Below, piece after piece: positions 1-9,110 of a stretch of DNA of 32,000 nucleotides. The notes beneath the pieces are model-generated. The model saw only the letters and a list, made by a program, of their open reading frames with translations, made no database searches and was not told where the DNA came from. The position numbers and the translations under genes are program-made. The DNA is taken from NCBI GenBank assembly GCA_036266955.1, contig DATAWY010000026.1, positions 8,128 through 40,127 on the forward strand. Direction: 5' to 3'. The stretch's first letter is position 1, and every line of letters starts with the position of its first letter. This DNA comes from Rhizomicrobium sp. Its GTDB lineage: Bacteria; Pseudomonadota; Alphaproteobacteria; Micropepsales; Micropepsaceae.

Positions 1-675
1 TTTCGCCGCGTAGCCCACGAGCCGCGGACGGTCCGGATGCCAGTTCTCGAAGCGGATTTCCGAAATGGGCAGCACGCGCGGGCCGCCCTCCTCTTCGAGA
101 ACCGAGGCGTGGAATTCGCGCCCGGGACAATAGGCTTCCGCAAACCAAATGCCGCCAAAACGCGATACGCAGGCAGCCGCCCGGTCGAGCACGGCGTTGC
201 GCCCCGAAGCCAGGGACCGATCGTCCAGGCCGACCGAGGCGTCTTCATTGGCCGATTTCACCACATAGCGGCGTTCGTTTGTGAGCTCATCCCAGCGGGG
301 CGGCTCCGACCAATCCGGCGTCGGCAGACCCGCCGCCCGCAAGATGCGCTTGGTGAGCGGCTTGCTCGCGGCACAGCTGATCGCCGCGGCAGAAGCCCCC
401 GTGAAAGGAATGTTGCGGTGTTCGAGCATTGCTGCTGCGACGCCCGCCAGATCTCCACGTCCGAAGACACTTTCAACGAGGTTGAAGACCAGTTGAGCGC
501 CTGAGTCTGCGAGCGCGGTCTCGAGTGCGCCCGGTTCCGGAATGAAGGCGCGTTGCATGACGTCGTGCCCGAGTTCGGTCAATCTGCCGGCCATGACGGC
601 CGCCGTGACGAGCGTGTCCTGTTCGTCCGGCGGCGCGTCCGGTGAAACATCGGAATGCAGGACCAGGATGCGCAT
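1..675 (-). CDS. ATP-grasp protein, D-alanine--D-alanine ligase-like (partial, runs off left edge)
   Basis: Manual minus-strand translation from the ATG at 675 ([26 protein letters not shown]...[35 protein letters not shown]...[18 protein letters not shown]...) is open to position 1. The start is 2 nt from the stop of the upstream ATP-grasp gene. It has ATP-grasp style motifs. Confidence 0.8.
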   Translation of the reverse strand, partial: [225 protein letters not shown]

Positions 676-677
676 GG

Positions 678-1694
678 TCAGCCGCGCGACGGAATGGCGA
701 GTTCGGGATGACGGCCGTGGAATGCCGCCATGATGCGACCGATCAATTCCACATAGGAAATGCCCGTGAAACGCGCGATGAAAACAAGATCCGATCGCTC
801 CGGATTGAGTCCGGCGAGCGGATTGACCTCGATGAATTGCGGCCGGCCGGCCGCGGTGCTCCGCACATCGACCCGGCCCCCGTCGCGGCAGCGCAGGGCC
901 CGCCATGCGGCAAGAGCAACGTTGCACGCTTCCTGCGCTTCGCCGTCCTGGACCGGCCGGTATTCGATCCTGTCCTCGAAATGCTCCTTGTTCTCATAAC
1001 CATAGCCATGCAGTGCGGCTTTTTCGTTCGCTACTACTTCCACCCCACCCAGAACTTCGGCGTCGGCGCCCGTGCCCGTAATGCCGACGGTAAATTCCCT
1101 GCCGGGCAGCCAGGACTCGGCGATCACCGGTTGACCGAAGCGCCGCAGCAACTCCGCGGCGACACGCTCAAGCTCGCTCCTGCCATTGACCTTCGAACGC
1201 GCGCCGATGCCCTTGCCAGAGCCTTCGGCCACGGGTTTGACGAACAGCGGAAAGTCCAGCCGGACGTCTGCCGCGTCTTCCAGCTTCTCGATGACGGCGA
1301 AGGGTGCGGTCGGCACACCGCAATCGCGGACAATGCGTTTGGCGAAACCCTTGTCCAGAGCCAGAGACAGCGTGAGCGGATCGGAGAAGACGTAAGCCAC
1401 GTCATAGGCTTCGAGAAGTGCCGGCACCTGCGCCTCGCGTGCGACGCCCTTCAGCCCTTCGCAGATGTTGAAGACGCAATCCCAGCGTTCTCCCGCCACC
1501 AGCTGCTTGCACAGCCGCCGCACACCGCCGATGCGGTCAGGCGTGTAGCCCAGACGGCCCAACGCATCGTGGAGCGCCGCGATCGTCACTTCGCTGTCGA
1601 ACTCGGCCGTTGCCTCCTCGCCATAGCCCAGCGCTAGATAGTCCGCCCGCAGATCGTAAGTAATCCCGACTCGCGGCTTCGCATGCGTTTGCAT
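678..1694 (-). CDS. ATP-grasp protein, D-alanine--D-alanine ligase family
   Basis: ORF 678..1745. The translation contains PRVGITYDLRADYLALGY...ALDKGFAKRIVRDCGVPTAPF...LFVKPVAEGSGKGI...FIEVNPLAGLNPERSDL. Start placed at the internal ATG 1694 because the upstream 17 codons fall inside a palindromic repeat element. Confidence 0.85.
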   Translation of the reverse strand: MQTHAKPRVGITYDLRADYLALGYGEEATAEFDSEVTIAALHDALGRLGYTPDRIGGVRRLCKQLVAGERWDCVFNICEGLKGVAREAQVPALLEAYDVAYVFSDPLTLSLALDKGFAKRIVRDCGVPTAPFAVIEKLEDAADVRLDFPLFVKPVAEGSGKGIGARSKVNGRSELERVAAELLRRFGQPVIAESWLPGREFTVGITGTGADAEVLGGVEVVANEKAALHGYGYENKEHFEDRIEYRPVQDGEAQEACNVALAAWRALRCRDGGRVDVRSTAAGRPQFIEVNPLAGLNPERSDLVFIARFTGISYVELIGRIMAAFHGRHPELAIPSRG

Positions 1695-1704
1695 TGCCAA
1701 AGGA

Positions 1705-1923
1705 TTCACGCGGAGCCGCGGAGAGTCGGAATAATGAACCGCCAAGGCGCCAGGGCAAATTTACCACGGAGCCACGGAGCGCACGGAGAAAAAGTGTCGC
1801 GCGCGAATGCGCGCCAAAAAATCCTCCGTGCACTCCGTGTCTCCGTGATGCACACGTTGCTTGGCGTCTTGGCGCCTTGGCGGTGAAGCTGTTTTCCTCT
1901 GCGCCTCCGCGGCTCCGCGTGAA
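1705..1923. repeat. Nested palindromic intergenic element of the CACGGAG-type
   Basis: Perfect 19-nt outer arms TTCACGCGGAGCCGCGGAG (1705-1723) and CTCCGCGGCTCCGCGTGAA (1905-1923). Perfect 15-nt arms ACCGCCAAGGCGCCA (1738-1752) and TGGCGCCTTGGCGGT (1870-1884). 24-nt arms (CACGGAG units, 1765-1788 and 1824-1847) match at 22/24. Central hairpin GCGCGC-GAAT-GCGCGC (1799-1814). Confidence 0.85.
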
Positions 1924-1926
1924 GCA

Positions 1927-3345
1927 TTATTCGTTCGATGGCGCGGGTTGCGGCTTGTCGAGGCCGAGCGTGCCGCCGGGGTCGGGATAGCGGTAGACGC
2001 CGCCCTCGAAATTCCGCAGCAGCAGATCGTCGCCGTCGCGGCCCACGATGGAGTCCGGGGCGATCAGTATCTTCCCGCCGCCGCCGGGCGCGTCGATGCA
2101 GAAGCTCGGCGATGCATAGCCGGTGGTATGGCCGCGCAACCCGCGGATGACTTCAATTCCCTTCTCGACGCTGGTGCGAAAATGTCCCGAACCCCGAATG
2201 GGGTCACACTGATAGAGGTAATAGGGCTTGACGCGGCGCGCCAGCAGCCCCTGCATCAAGGGTTTCATCACCGCGATGTCGTCGTTGATGCCCTTGAGCA
2301 GCACGGTCTGGCTGCCAAGCGGTATGCCCGCATCGGCCAGGCGCGCGGTCGATTCGGTCACTTCCGGCGTGAGTTCGCGCGGATGCGTGAAGTGGATGCT
2401 CATCCAGAGCGGATGATGCTTCTTCAGCATCTTCGCCAGGCTCTTGGTGATGCGCTGCGGCAGCACGACGGGAATCTTGGTTCCGATGCGCAGGAACTCG
2501 ATGTGGCGGATGGCGCGCAGCCGGCCGAGCAACCAGTCGAGCTTGTCGTCGCCAATGCTGAGCGGATCGCCGCCGGAAAGCAGCACGTCGCGCACCTCGG
2601 TGTGAGCTTCGAGATAGGCGAGCGCCTGCTCCCACTGGCGCGTGGAGAACTGGTATTCGCCGCCGGGATGGCCCACGAGACGCGACCGGGTGCAGTAGCG
2701 GCAGTAGGTCGAACAGGTGCCGGTCGTCAGAAACAGCACTCGGTCCGGGTAGCGATGGACGAGGCCCGGCACCACCGTGTCGTGATCCTCTCCCAGCGGA
2801 TCATCCGCTTCACCTGGAAGGGTCACATATTCCTCGGCAGTCATCACGTGGGTCCGGCGCAGCGGCTCCCCCGGGTCGTCACGTCCCATCAGGCCCGCGT
2901 AATAGGGCGTGATGCCGACGGGCAGCGAACCCGTGTGGCGGCTGACCGCGGCGCGCTCCTCCTCCGAGAGATCGAAAATCCGCGAGAGGTCCGGAAGCGA
3001 GCGGATGCGAGCCCGGAACTGCCAGTGCCAATCGTTCCATTCTGTGGCCGACGTGCCGGGAAAAAACCGCTGATAGAAGGCGCGCGCTTCGGGGCTGACC
3101 GGAAAGCGCAAGACCCCGCGCGGCTTTGCGCCTATCGCGGGGAGCTGGATCGCTTGATCGGTGTAGCTGCCTGGACTTTCGCCCGTCTTGTTACTCAAGG
3201 CCCGCAACGGAGGCTTCAGTTCGCGCCCCCGCAACACCTGCAGACTCATCGTCGTCCCGTGACGCTCCACGGTGAGGCCGCGAAAGTCCCATCGACTTCC
3301 ATGAATCGGCGCACCGGTGGCCGGATATTTAGAAGCTTCGCGCAT
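1927..3345 (-). CDS. kamA: KamA family radical SAM protein (lysine 2,3-aminomutase-like)
   Basis: 472 aa with the radical-SAM cysteine motif CSTYCRYC (CxxxCxxC), VLLSGGDPLS, IGTKIPVVLPQRIT, LLKGINDD and KPYYLYQCD typical of KamA. The true start may be 3345 or the internal ATG at 3249. Confidence 0.85.
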   Translation of the reverse strand: MREASKYPATGAPIHGSRWDFRGLTVERHGTTMSLQVLRGRELKPPLRALSNKTGESPGSYTDQAIQLPAIGAKPRGVLRFPVSPEARAFYQRFFPGTSATEWNDWHWQFRARIRSLPDLSRIFDLSEEERAAVSRHTGSLPVGITPYYAGLMGRDDPGEPLRRTHVMTAEEYVTLPGEADDPLGEDHDTVVPGLVHRYPDRVLFLTTGTCSTYCRYCTRSRLVGHPGGEYQFSTRQWEQALAYLEAHTEVRDVLLSGGDPLSIGDDKLDWLLGRLRAIRHIEFLRIGTKIPVVLPQRITKSLAKMLKKHHPLWMSIHFTHPRELTPEVTESTARLADAGIPLGSQTVLLKGINDDIAVMKPLMQGLLARRVKPYYLYQCDPIRGSGHFRTSVEKGIEVIRGLRGHTTGYASPSFCIDAPGGGGKILIAPDSIVGRDGDDLLLRNFEGGVYRYPDPGGTLGLDKPQPAPSNE

Positions 3346-3600
3346 ATCGTCAAGCGAAACCCTCCGAATACTGAAACAGGTCGAATTTTGCCCAATATAG
3401 GCAGCGTGTATCCGGCAAGTATTAATGATGGATTACTGAAGAGGCAGTCAAGTAAACAGGCCGCACCATGTCCTCGCAGGGCGCAAACCCTGTTTAACAT
3501 CGGGGAGTTCACTGTGAGACTAAAGCACATTCGACGAAGCTGAAAACTCGCGCAGCCTTTCACTGACGAATGCAGCAATCGCGCTGTCCCGCCCGGGTTT

Positions 3601-5115
3601 TCACATCACATGTGGACGACTGGCCGGCTGGGCGCGGTCCGTGCCGCGCGGACCGCGGTAATAACGGGCATCGTACAAATCAATCGTGCGCGCGTGCCCC
3701 CCGCCGACGCCGATCGAGAGGTGTTTTACCGCCCGTGCCGAATCAAATGTGGCCAGCACGCGCCCCGCCGCGCCCGGCTCGACCGCGACCAGGACGCGGC
3801 GTGCGCCGCGCTCGAGGCGCATCGTCATCTCGAAATGATCTCTTATGTTGAAATCGCGCGCCCATGCGCGGACCGGCACGCTGCAGGGGCGTGCATAATA
3901 GAGAAGCTCCGCGACGATGCTGCGATTGTCGGCCGCGATGAAATCATAGTCGGCGGCGCTCGCCGCGCGCGCGACGTCTGCTCCCAGCTGCCGCCAGCCT
4001 TCCTCGCGTTTGAAGGCATTGCCGGCAGCGATGGCGTCGGCCGCTGCCGGCCATACGAGCACGATCCACAGAACGAGCATTACAGTGCCGTTGACGACAA
4101 AGGAGGCCCAGAGCACGCGGCCGCGCCACCAGCGGATAAGTTCGGCCACGGCAAGGGGCGTTGCAGCGATATAGGCGGCTGCCGCCCAATTGGCATTTGC
4201 GCCCGCGACGAAGGACTGGATCAGGATCAGAAAAAGCGGGGGCAGACAGAATGCCGCCAGTATCAGTTCCGGCGCGGCGCGCGCCGTTGCAGTCGCGAGC
4301 CGCCAGAAGGCGGCCACGAGCCCCATCATTAGAATCGGTCCGAAGACGCCAAGCTGGCCGATCAGGAATCCTGCCGCGCTCGCGAGGCTATAGCGCGAGC
4401 GCGCCCAGTCGGCATTGGCTTCCGTATGCGCCACGGTCGGAAAGCCGTGCTGCGCGTTCCAGACGATGTTCGGCACAAGAAGCAGAAGAGCGATCGCAAG
4501 AATGACCAGACCGCGCCAGCCGGCAACGAGGCGGCGCGCATCGGGGGCAAACGCCGCCGCGAGACCCGCGCCGGCAAGAAAGTAAAGCATCGCATATTTG
4601 GATTCGAGGCCGAGACCGGCGGCCACCCCGCACAGCACCGGCCATCGCCACCTCCTGTCCTCGCAGGCGCGCAGAAAAGCGTAGAGCGCCGCCGCCCAGA
4701 AAAAGAGCAGCGGCACGTCGGTGGATATGAGCCCGCTCGAGTAGGATATTCCCGGGACTGTCAGATAGGCGACAGCGCTCAGAAGCGATACACGCGCATC
4801 CACGGCACGGCGCGCAATTCCGAACACCAGGAGCGACGTGGCTGCATGAAACAGCGGTGAGGCGATGCGGATCGCCCATTCGGAATTGCCAAGGAGCGTC
4901 GTCGAAATCCAGATGATCCAGGCGATCATCGGCGGCTTCGAGAAATAGCCGAAATCCGGCGTCTGCGCCCACCACCAATATTGCGCTTCGTCGGGATAGA
5001 GATTGAGCGGAGACAGCACTAGAACGGCGCAGCGGACGATGGTCACCGCCAAAATGATTCCAAACGCGATCCAGAACGCGGATGGCGTTTTGCCGGCCGG
5101 GGTGAGCTGGCGCAT
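3601..5115 (-). CDS. Glycosyltransferase family 39 (ArnT/PMT-like) membrane protein
   Basis: ~504 aa polytopic protein; N-terminal YPDEAQYWWWAQTPDFGYFSKPPMIAW is the GT39 acidic/arginine loop motif. ATG at 5115 overlaps the upstream stop (TGATG). Confidence 0.8.
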   Translation of the reverse strand: MRQLTPAGKTPSAFWIAFGIILAVTIVRCAVLVLSPLNLYPDEAQYWWWAQTPDFGYFSKPPMIAWIIWISTTLLGNSEWAIRIASPLFHAATSLLVFGIARRAVDARVSLLSAVAYLTVPGISYSSGLISTDVPLLFFWAAALYAFLRACEDRRWRWPVLCGVAAGLGLESKYAMLYFLAGAGLAAAFAPDARRLVAGWRGLVILAIALLLLVPNIVWNAQHGFPTVAHTEANADWARSRYSLASAAGFLIGQLGVFGPILMMGLVAAFWRLATATARAAPELILAAFCLPPLFLILIQSFVAGANANWAAAAYIAATPLAVAELIRWWRGRVLWASFVVNGTVMLVLWIVLVWPAAADAIAAGNAFKREEGWRQLGADVARAASAADYDFIAADNRSIVAELLYYARPCSVPVRAWARDFNIRDHFEMTMRLERGARRVLVAVEPGAAGRVLATFDSARAVKHLSIGVGGGHARTIDLYDARYYRGPRGTDRAQPASRPHVM

Positions 5116-6830
5116 CAAGCAGGGCGGTCCGACGAGGGCCGTGTCACGCGGTACAGCGTGATGTGCTGTTCGCGGCCTGTGGAGTAATCGAGACCGGACA
5201 CCGAACCGAGGGACGTAGCTGTGGCGCCCGTTTGCTGCAGCGCCGAAAGAAAGCGCGGCTGTACCCGTTCCTCAACCAGTGCGAGTCCGCCATGGGCCGC
5301 AGCGGCCCTTGCGGCTGCGCCCGGGGGCTCGATCTGCGTATCGGAACCCAGAAGAAAGACGAGGCTGGGCTCTACATAACCAGCGAGGACGACCGGATTT
5401 CTGCTCGCACCCCGATGAGCGGCGACCAGGTCGGCCGCGCGCCGGCTGAGCCAGAGATCGTGGAGTTGCGGCACCACTTCAAAAGCGAGCACCAGGTAGA
5501 ACGTCAGAGCCGTTCCCATCGCCAGCAACGCCGCAGGTTCGGCGCGCCGGCGCACAAACAAGACGATGGCCACGCAGGCGGCTGCGAGCCCAAGCGCCAC
5601 ACCTGCGAACAGCGGCCAGGACGCGGAACCGCCGTAATGCGCAGGCAGAACGATGCACGCCAAGGCAATGGCCACCGCAACGAGCCCGAATTGCACGGAC
5701 GCAACGAAGCGCAACGCGCGCTCCCAGCGACTGTCAGACGCATTCCGCGGGCTCGAAACCCACAATGCAACGAGAAACGCAAGCGCCGGATATGCCGGCA
5801 GGATGTAGTGGGGCAGCTTGGTAGGGACGAGTTCGAACAGGAGCCACGCACCGCCGCTCCAGGCGAGCAGAAACCGGTAGAGCGCCTCCTTTCGCCGCAG
5901 CGCCGCGAACCGGATCGCGGGCAGCAGCAACAGAGTTGCCGGCCAGAACGTCAGATTCACCAGCACGAAGTAATAACCTGGAGGCGCGCCGTGCGATTCC
6001 TCTCCTCCGAGGATCTTGGCTGCGAAGTCATGGCCGAGCGACTGCCGGTAGAAAGCGCCGTGGCTTGCCAAGCCGATCGCGAGAGCCCATGGCGCGACGA
6101 GGATTACGGCCAGCACTGTGCCCATCAAGGGTTTCGTGCCGCCAAGCCAGCGCCAATCCCGGTCCCACAGCGAAAGGCCGAGGGAGGTGACGCCCAGCAC
6201 GGCAAGGATGACCGGACCTTTCAGCAGCACGCCAAAGGCCAGGGCGACCCAACCGCCGAGTATGAGCGCGAGCGGCGGGCCTGGATGACCCCGCGCGGCC
6301 AGATAGACGCGCATGAGCGCAGCCTCGGCCGCAATCACGGCGGCCAGTAGCGCCGCGTCCGTCGTGGCGATATCGCTTTCCGCAGTCAGCAACAGACCCG
6401 TTCCCAGCAGCAGCGCCCCCAGGAGGGCCATTTTCGGCGGAGCGGTGCTGCGCGCCATTCCATAGAGGAGGAGCAGCGACAGGAATCCGCCGAGCAGCGA
6501 CGGCAGCCGGTAAACCCAGATGCGGCTTCGCAGCGACGGCGTCGACACGCTGGCAACAGCGGCCTGCAGCCAATAAATGCCGATCGGCTTGTTGTAACGG
6601 GGGACATTGGCAAAGCGGATATCGACGTAATTGCCGGACTCGACCATCTGCCGCGAGGCTTCGGCAAAGCGGCTTTCATCACGGTCGAGCGGCGGCAGCA
6701 TCGCCGCGGCTGGAACCCAGCCCAGCAGAGCGACCAGCAGAATCGCCGCGAGCGGCCGTGCCTTGAGCTGATCGAGCAAGGACACGGCAAACCTCGTCGT
6801 CGGTAGGGCGGCCTCGGCCATGGGCTGCAA
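5115..6830 (-). CDS. Glycosyltransferase family 39 (ArnT-like) membrane protein
   Basis: 571 aa; LPPLDRDESRFAEASRQMVESGNYVDIRFANVPRYNKPIGIYWLQAA is diagnostic of ArnT-like GT39. Many transmembrane segments; KLPHYILPAYPALA. Confidence 0.85.
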   Translation of the reverse strand: MQPMAEAALPTTRFAVSLLDQLKARPLAAILLVALLGWVPAAAMLPPLDRDESRFAEASRQMVESGNYVDIRFANVPRYNKPIGIYWLQAAVASVSTPSLRSRIWVYRLPSLLGGFLSLLLLYGMARSTAPPKMALLGALLLGTGLLLTAESDIATTDAALLAAVIAAEAALMRVYLAARGHPGPPLALILGGWVALAFGVLLKGPVILAVLGVTSLGLSLWDRDWRWLGGTKPLMGTVLAVILVAPWALAIGLASHGAFYRQSLGHDFAAKILGGEESHGAPPGYYFVLVNLTFWPATLLLLPAIRFAALRRKEALYRFLLAWSGGAWLLFELVPTKLPHYILPAYPALAFLVALWVSSPRNASDSRWERALRFVASVQFGLVAVAIALACIVLPAHYGGSASWPLFAGVALGLAAACVAIVLFVRRRAEPAALLAMGTALTFYLVLAFEVVPQLHDLWLSRRAADLVAAHRGASRNPVVLAGYVEPSLVFLLGSDTQIEPPGAAARAAAAHGGLALVEERVQPRFLSALQQTGATATSLGSVSGLDYSTGREQHITLYRVTRPSSDRPA

Positions 6831-6997
6831 AATTCCGCCTCTGCGGGCGGCTCCGCTTTCGCGTCAGGAGCTTGTTCCGTCACGACCGGCGTGGCTCTAT
6901 GGGACCCGCGCCGCTCCGATCAACCCCAACTGCCCAGCGATCTTTTCATGGGACTCTGACGCGAGGCAGCGCACATTCTATTCTGCAGGGCCATCGA

Positions 6998-7738
6998 ATG
7001 GAACCTTTACCCATGACAGTCGCGCTTTCCGTCGTCGTGCCGGTCAAGGACGAAGCCGAAAACGTCGTGCCCCTGGCCCAGGAGATCGCCCGTGCGGTCG
7101 GCCACGACGAGTCGGTCGAAATCATCTTCGTCGACGACGGCTCGGCGGACCAGACGGTCGCGCAGCTGTTGAAGCTCAGGTCCGAACTGCCCATGCTGCG
7201 CGTCATCCGCCATGGCCGGAACGCGGGCCAGAGCCGCGCCCTGCGCACCGGCGTGCGCGCCGCACGTGCCGGAATGATCGTAACGCTGGACGGAGACGGC
7301 CAGAACGACCCGGCAGACATTCCCAAAGTGCTTGCACCCTTCGCCGAGGCCGACGCGCTCCAGATCGGTATGGTTTCCGGCGTCCGGGTCAGGCGGCGCG
7401 ACGGGATCGGAAAACGGCTCGCGTCCCTCGCAGCCAACCGGTTCCGGCGCTGGGCGCTCAAGGACGGCGCTTCCGATGTCGGCTGCGGTCTCAAGGCCTT
7501 CCGCCGCGACGCATTTCTCGCCCTGCCCTATTTCGATCATATGCACCGCTACCTGGCGGCCCTGATGCTGCGCGAGGGGTATGAGGTGCGGTTCGTCGAT
7601 GTGGGCCATCGCCTCCGGTTGCATGGCCGCTCGAAATACGGCGTATGGGACAGGTTCGTCGTCGGCGTCGAAGATGTCCGGGGCGTGCTGTGGCTGAAGA
7701 AACGCCATCGCGGCGCAGTCGAAACAACGGAGCTGTAG
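6998..7738 (+). CDS. Glycosyltransferase family 2 (dolichol/undecaprenyl-phosphate sugar transferase-like)
   Basis: LSVVVPVKDEAENVVPLAQEI...VEIIFVDDGSADQT...LDGDGQNDPADIPK...GCGLKAFRRDAF...RLRLHGRSKYG. The start is 6998 (MEPLP) or 7013 (MTVAL) within the longer ORF 6872..7738. Confidence 0.85.
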   Translation: MEPLPMTVALSVVVPVKDEAENVVPLAQEIARAVGHDESVEIIFVDDGSADQTVAQLLKLRSELPMLRVIRHGRNAGQSRALRTGVRAARAGMIVTLDGDGQNDPADIPKVLAPFAEADALQIGMVSGVRVRRRDGIGKRLASLAANRFRRWALKDGASDVGCGLKAFRRDAFLALPYFDHMHRYLAALMLREGYEVRFVDVGHRLRLHGRSKYGVWDRFVVGVEDVRGVLWLKKRHRGAVETTEL

Positions 7739-7744
7739 GCGTTC

Positions 7745-8065
7745 ATGCACAACTGGGTCACGCCTGAACGCATCTGGCTCGCCGTCGGCTTCGCCGGCCA
7801 GGCGCTCTTCGCTTCGCGCTTCCTTATCCAATGGTTCAAGAGCGAGATGGAGGGCCGCAGCGTCATCCCGGTCGCTTTCTGGTATTGCAGCATTGGGGGA
7901 GGAGTCGTTCTTCTGGCGTACGCAATCTACAAGAAAGACCCCGTCTTCATCATCGGCCAGGCAAGCGGCCTTCTGGTCTATGGCCGCAATCTTTATCTCA
8001 TCTTCCGCGAGCGGAACCTGCTGCGCGTCGCCGCGGCGCCCCTGGAAAGAGGTTCGCCCGTTTGA
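7745..8065 (+). CDS. Lipid-A-disaccharide synthase N-terminal-domain-like (LAB_N) small membrane protein
   Basis: 106 aa: WLAVGFAGQALFASRFLIQWFKSEMEGRSVIPVAFWYCSIGGGVVLLAYAIYKKDPVFIIGQASGLLVYGRNLYLI matches the LAB_N family pattern. 6 nt after the GT2 stop. Confidence 0.8.
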   Translation: MHNWVTPERIWLAVGFAGQALFASRFLIQWFKSEMEGRSVIPVAFWYCSIGGGVVLLAYAIYKKDPVFIIGQASGLLVYGRNLYLIFRERNLLRVAAAPLERGSPV

Positions 8066-8135
8066 GTACCGCCACCGTGCCCCGGCGTACCGCGTTTCAG
8101 ACGACCTGCCACCCCATCTGACCCGAGGAGAATCC

Positions 8136-8564
8136 ATGTTTCGCGTCTTTCCGGTGCTGCTCGTCGTGATGGTGATCTACAATGTGCTTGCCGTGGCCCA
8201 CGGGCTCGCCGGCAACGAGGCCATGCAGACCTTCCTCTCGCGCGAACACGTCACCTTTCACATGTTCTCCGGTGACCTGTGGGACTTCAGTCTGGGCGAT
8301 CTCCTGGTGACGCTCGGCTTCGTCTGCCTGTTCATCGAAATCGTCAAGGCAACGCGGACCACCCGCCGCAACCTTATCAACCATGGCCTCTCGGTCGTCG
8401 TCTTCGTCATCGCCATCGTGGAATTCATCGTGGTGAAGGGGTTCTCGACCTCGGTCTTCTTCTTCATCATGGTGATGACGGCCTTCGACGTGATCGCGGG
8501 CTATACCATCTCGATCGTGGCGGCCGAGCACGATCTGGGGCTGGGCCGCGCCGGAACCGACTAG
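8136..8564 (+). CDS. Small hypothetical membrane protein
   Basis: In-frame ATG at 8136 preceded by GAGGAGAA; 142 aa with several hydrophobic segments. The longer ORF 7893..8564 overlaps the LAB_N gene, so the internal start is favoured. Confidence 0.65.
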   Translation: MFRVFPVLLVVMVIYNVLAVAHGLAGNEAMQTFLSREHVTFHMFSGDLWDFSLGDLLVTLGFVCLFIEIVKATRTTRRNLINHGLSVVVFVIAIVEFIVVKGFSTSVFFFIMVMTAFDVIAGYTISIVAAEHDLGLGRAGTD

Positions 8565-8630
8565 GCCAATCTTGCCGCGGGCGGCCGGACCGCTATAGTC
8601 CCGGCCCTCCCGGCAGCGCCGGGGTCTTGC

Positions 8631-8723
8631 GGACAGGTGGCCGAGCGGCTGAAGGCGCACGCCTGGAAAGTGTGTAGACGGTGACGAATCGTCTCGAGGG
8701 TTCGAATCCCTCCCTGTCCGCCA
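8631..8723 (+). tRNA. tRNA-Ser (anticodon GGA), CCA encoded
   Basis: GGACAGG/CCTGTCC acceptor stem, G discriminator and CCA; TGGCCGAGCGGCTGAAGG D arm; CACGCCTGGAAAGTGTG anticodon arm; long variable arm; GGGTTCGAATCCC T arm. Confidence 0.95.
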
Positions 8724-8725
8724 TT
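8710..8725. repeat. att direct repeat at the tRNA-Ser 3' end
   Basis: CTCCCTGTCCGCCATT, identical to 15855-15870. Confidence 0.85.
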
Positions 8726-8819
8726 TATCGCACTAAGATACTGTAAATGCACATAAATTTGGCGTCGCGGTTTCAACGCCCAACATTAAAACCCACAATT
8801 CGAGCCGGATTGCCCCGGT

Positions 8820-9080
8820 TTAGGGGCGGCGAAGCAATATCTCTGGTTCGATCCTCAGCGCCTTCGCCAGTCGCGCGAGTGCCTTGACGCTTGGATTGCG
8901 GGTACCCCGCTCCATATCGCTTACGTAGCTTCGCTTCATGCCGGTTTCTAGCGCCAGTTCCTCTTGCGACATTCCTTTTTCCGAGCGCAAGCGGCGAATA
9001 TTTCGGCCAAGAATCTGCGGCAATCCATCGCCGCAGTTGGCGAAAATCTTGGTCTGGAATCTGTCCCCTAACCGTGTCAA
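8820..9080 (-). CDS. XRE-family HTH transcriptional regulator
   Basis: LGRNIRRLRSEKGMSQEELALETGMKRSYVSDMERGTRNPSVKALARLAKALRIEPEILL is a classic XRE HTH. The called start is a TTG; the true start may be internal. Confidence 0.75.
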   Translation of the reverse strand: MTRLGDRFQTKIFANCGDGLPQILGRNIRRLRSEKGMSQEELALETGMKRSYVSDMERGTRNPSVKALARLAKALRIEPEILLRRP

Positions 9081-9110
9081 TTTGAGTTTTGACCCAAATC
9101 GGGGGGAGAT

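Noticed and set aside
642-1637. 331-aa plus-strand ORF
   Set aside because: Antisense to the ATP-grasp gene; no coherent domain.
1861-3543. 560-aa plus-strand ORF
   Set aside because: Antisense to the clear KamA gene, low-complexity Arg/Ala/Gly-rich translation with no family motifs; a high-GC shadow ORF.
3346-3600. Possible small RNA or gene in the gap between kamA and GT39
   Set aside because: No clear promoter/terminator pair, no tRNA-like fold and no convincing ORF with an RBS.
5163-6350. 395-aa plus-strand ORF
   Set aside because: Antisense to an ArnT-like GT39 gene; translation typical of a shadow frame.
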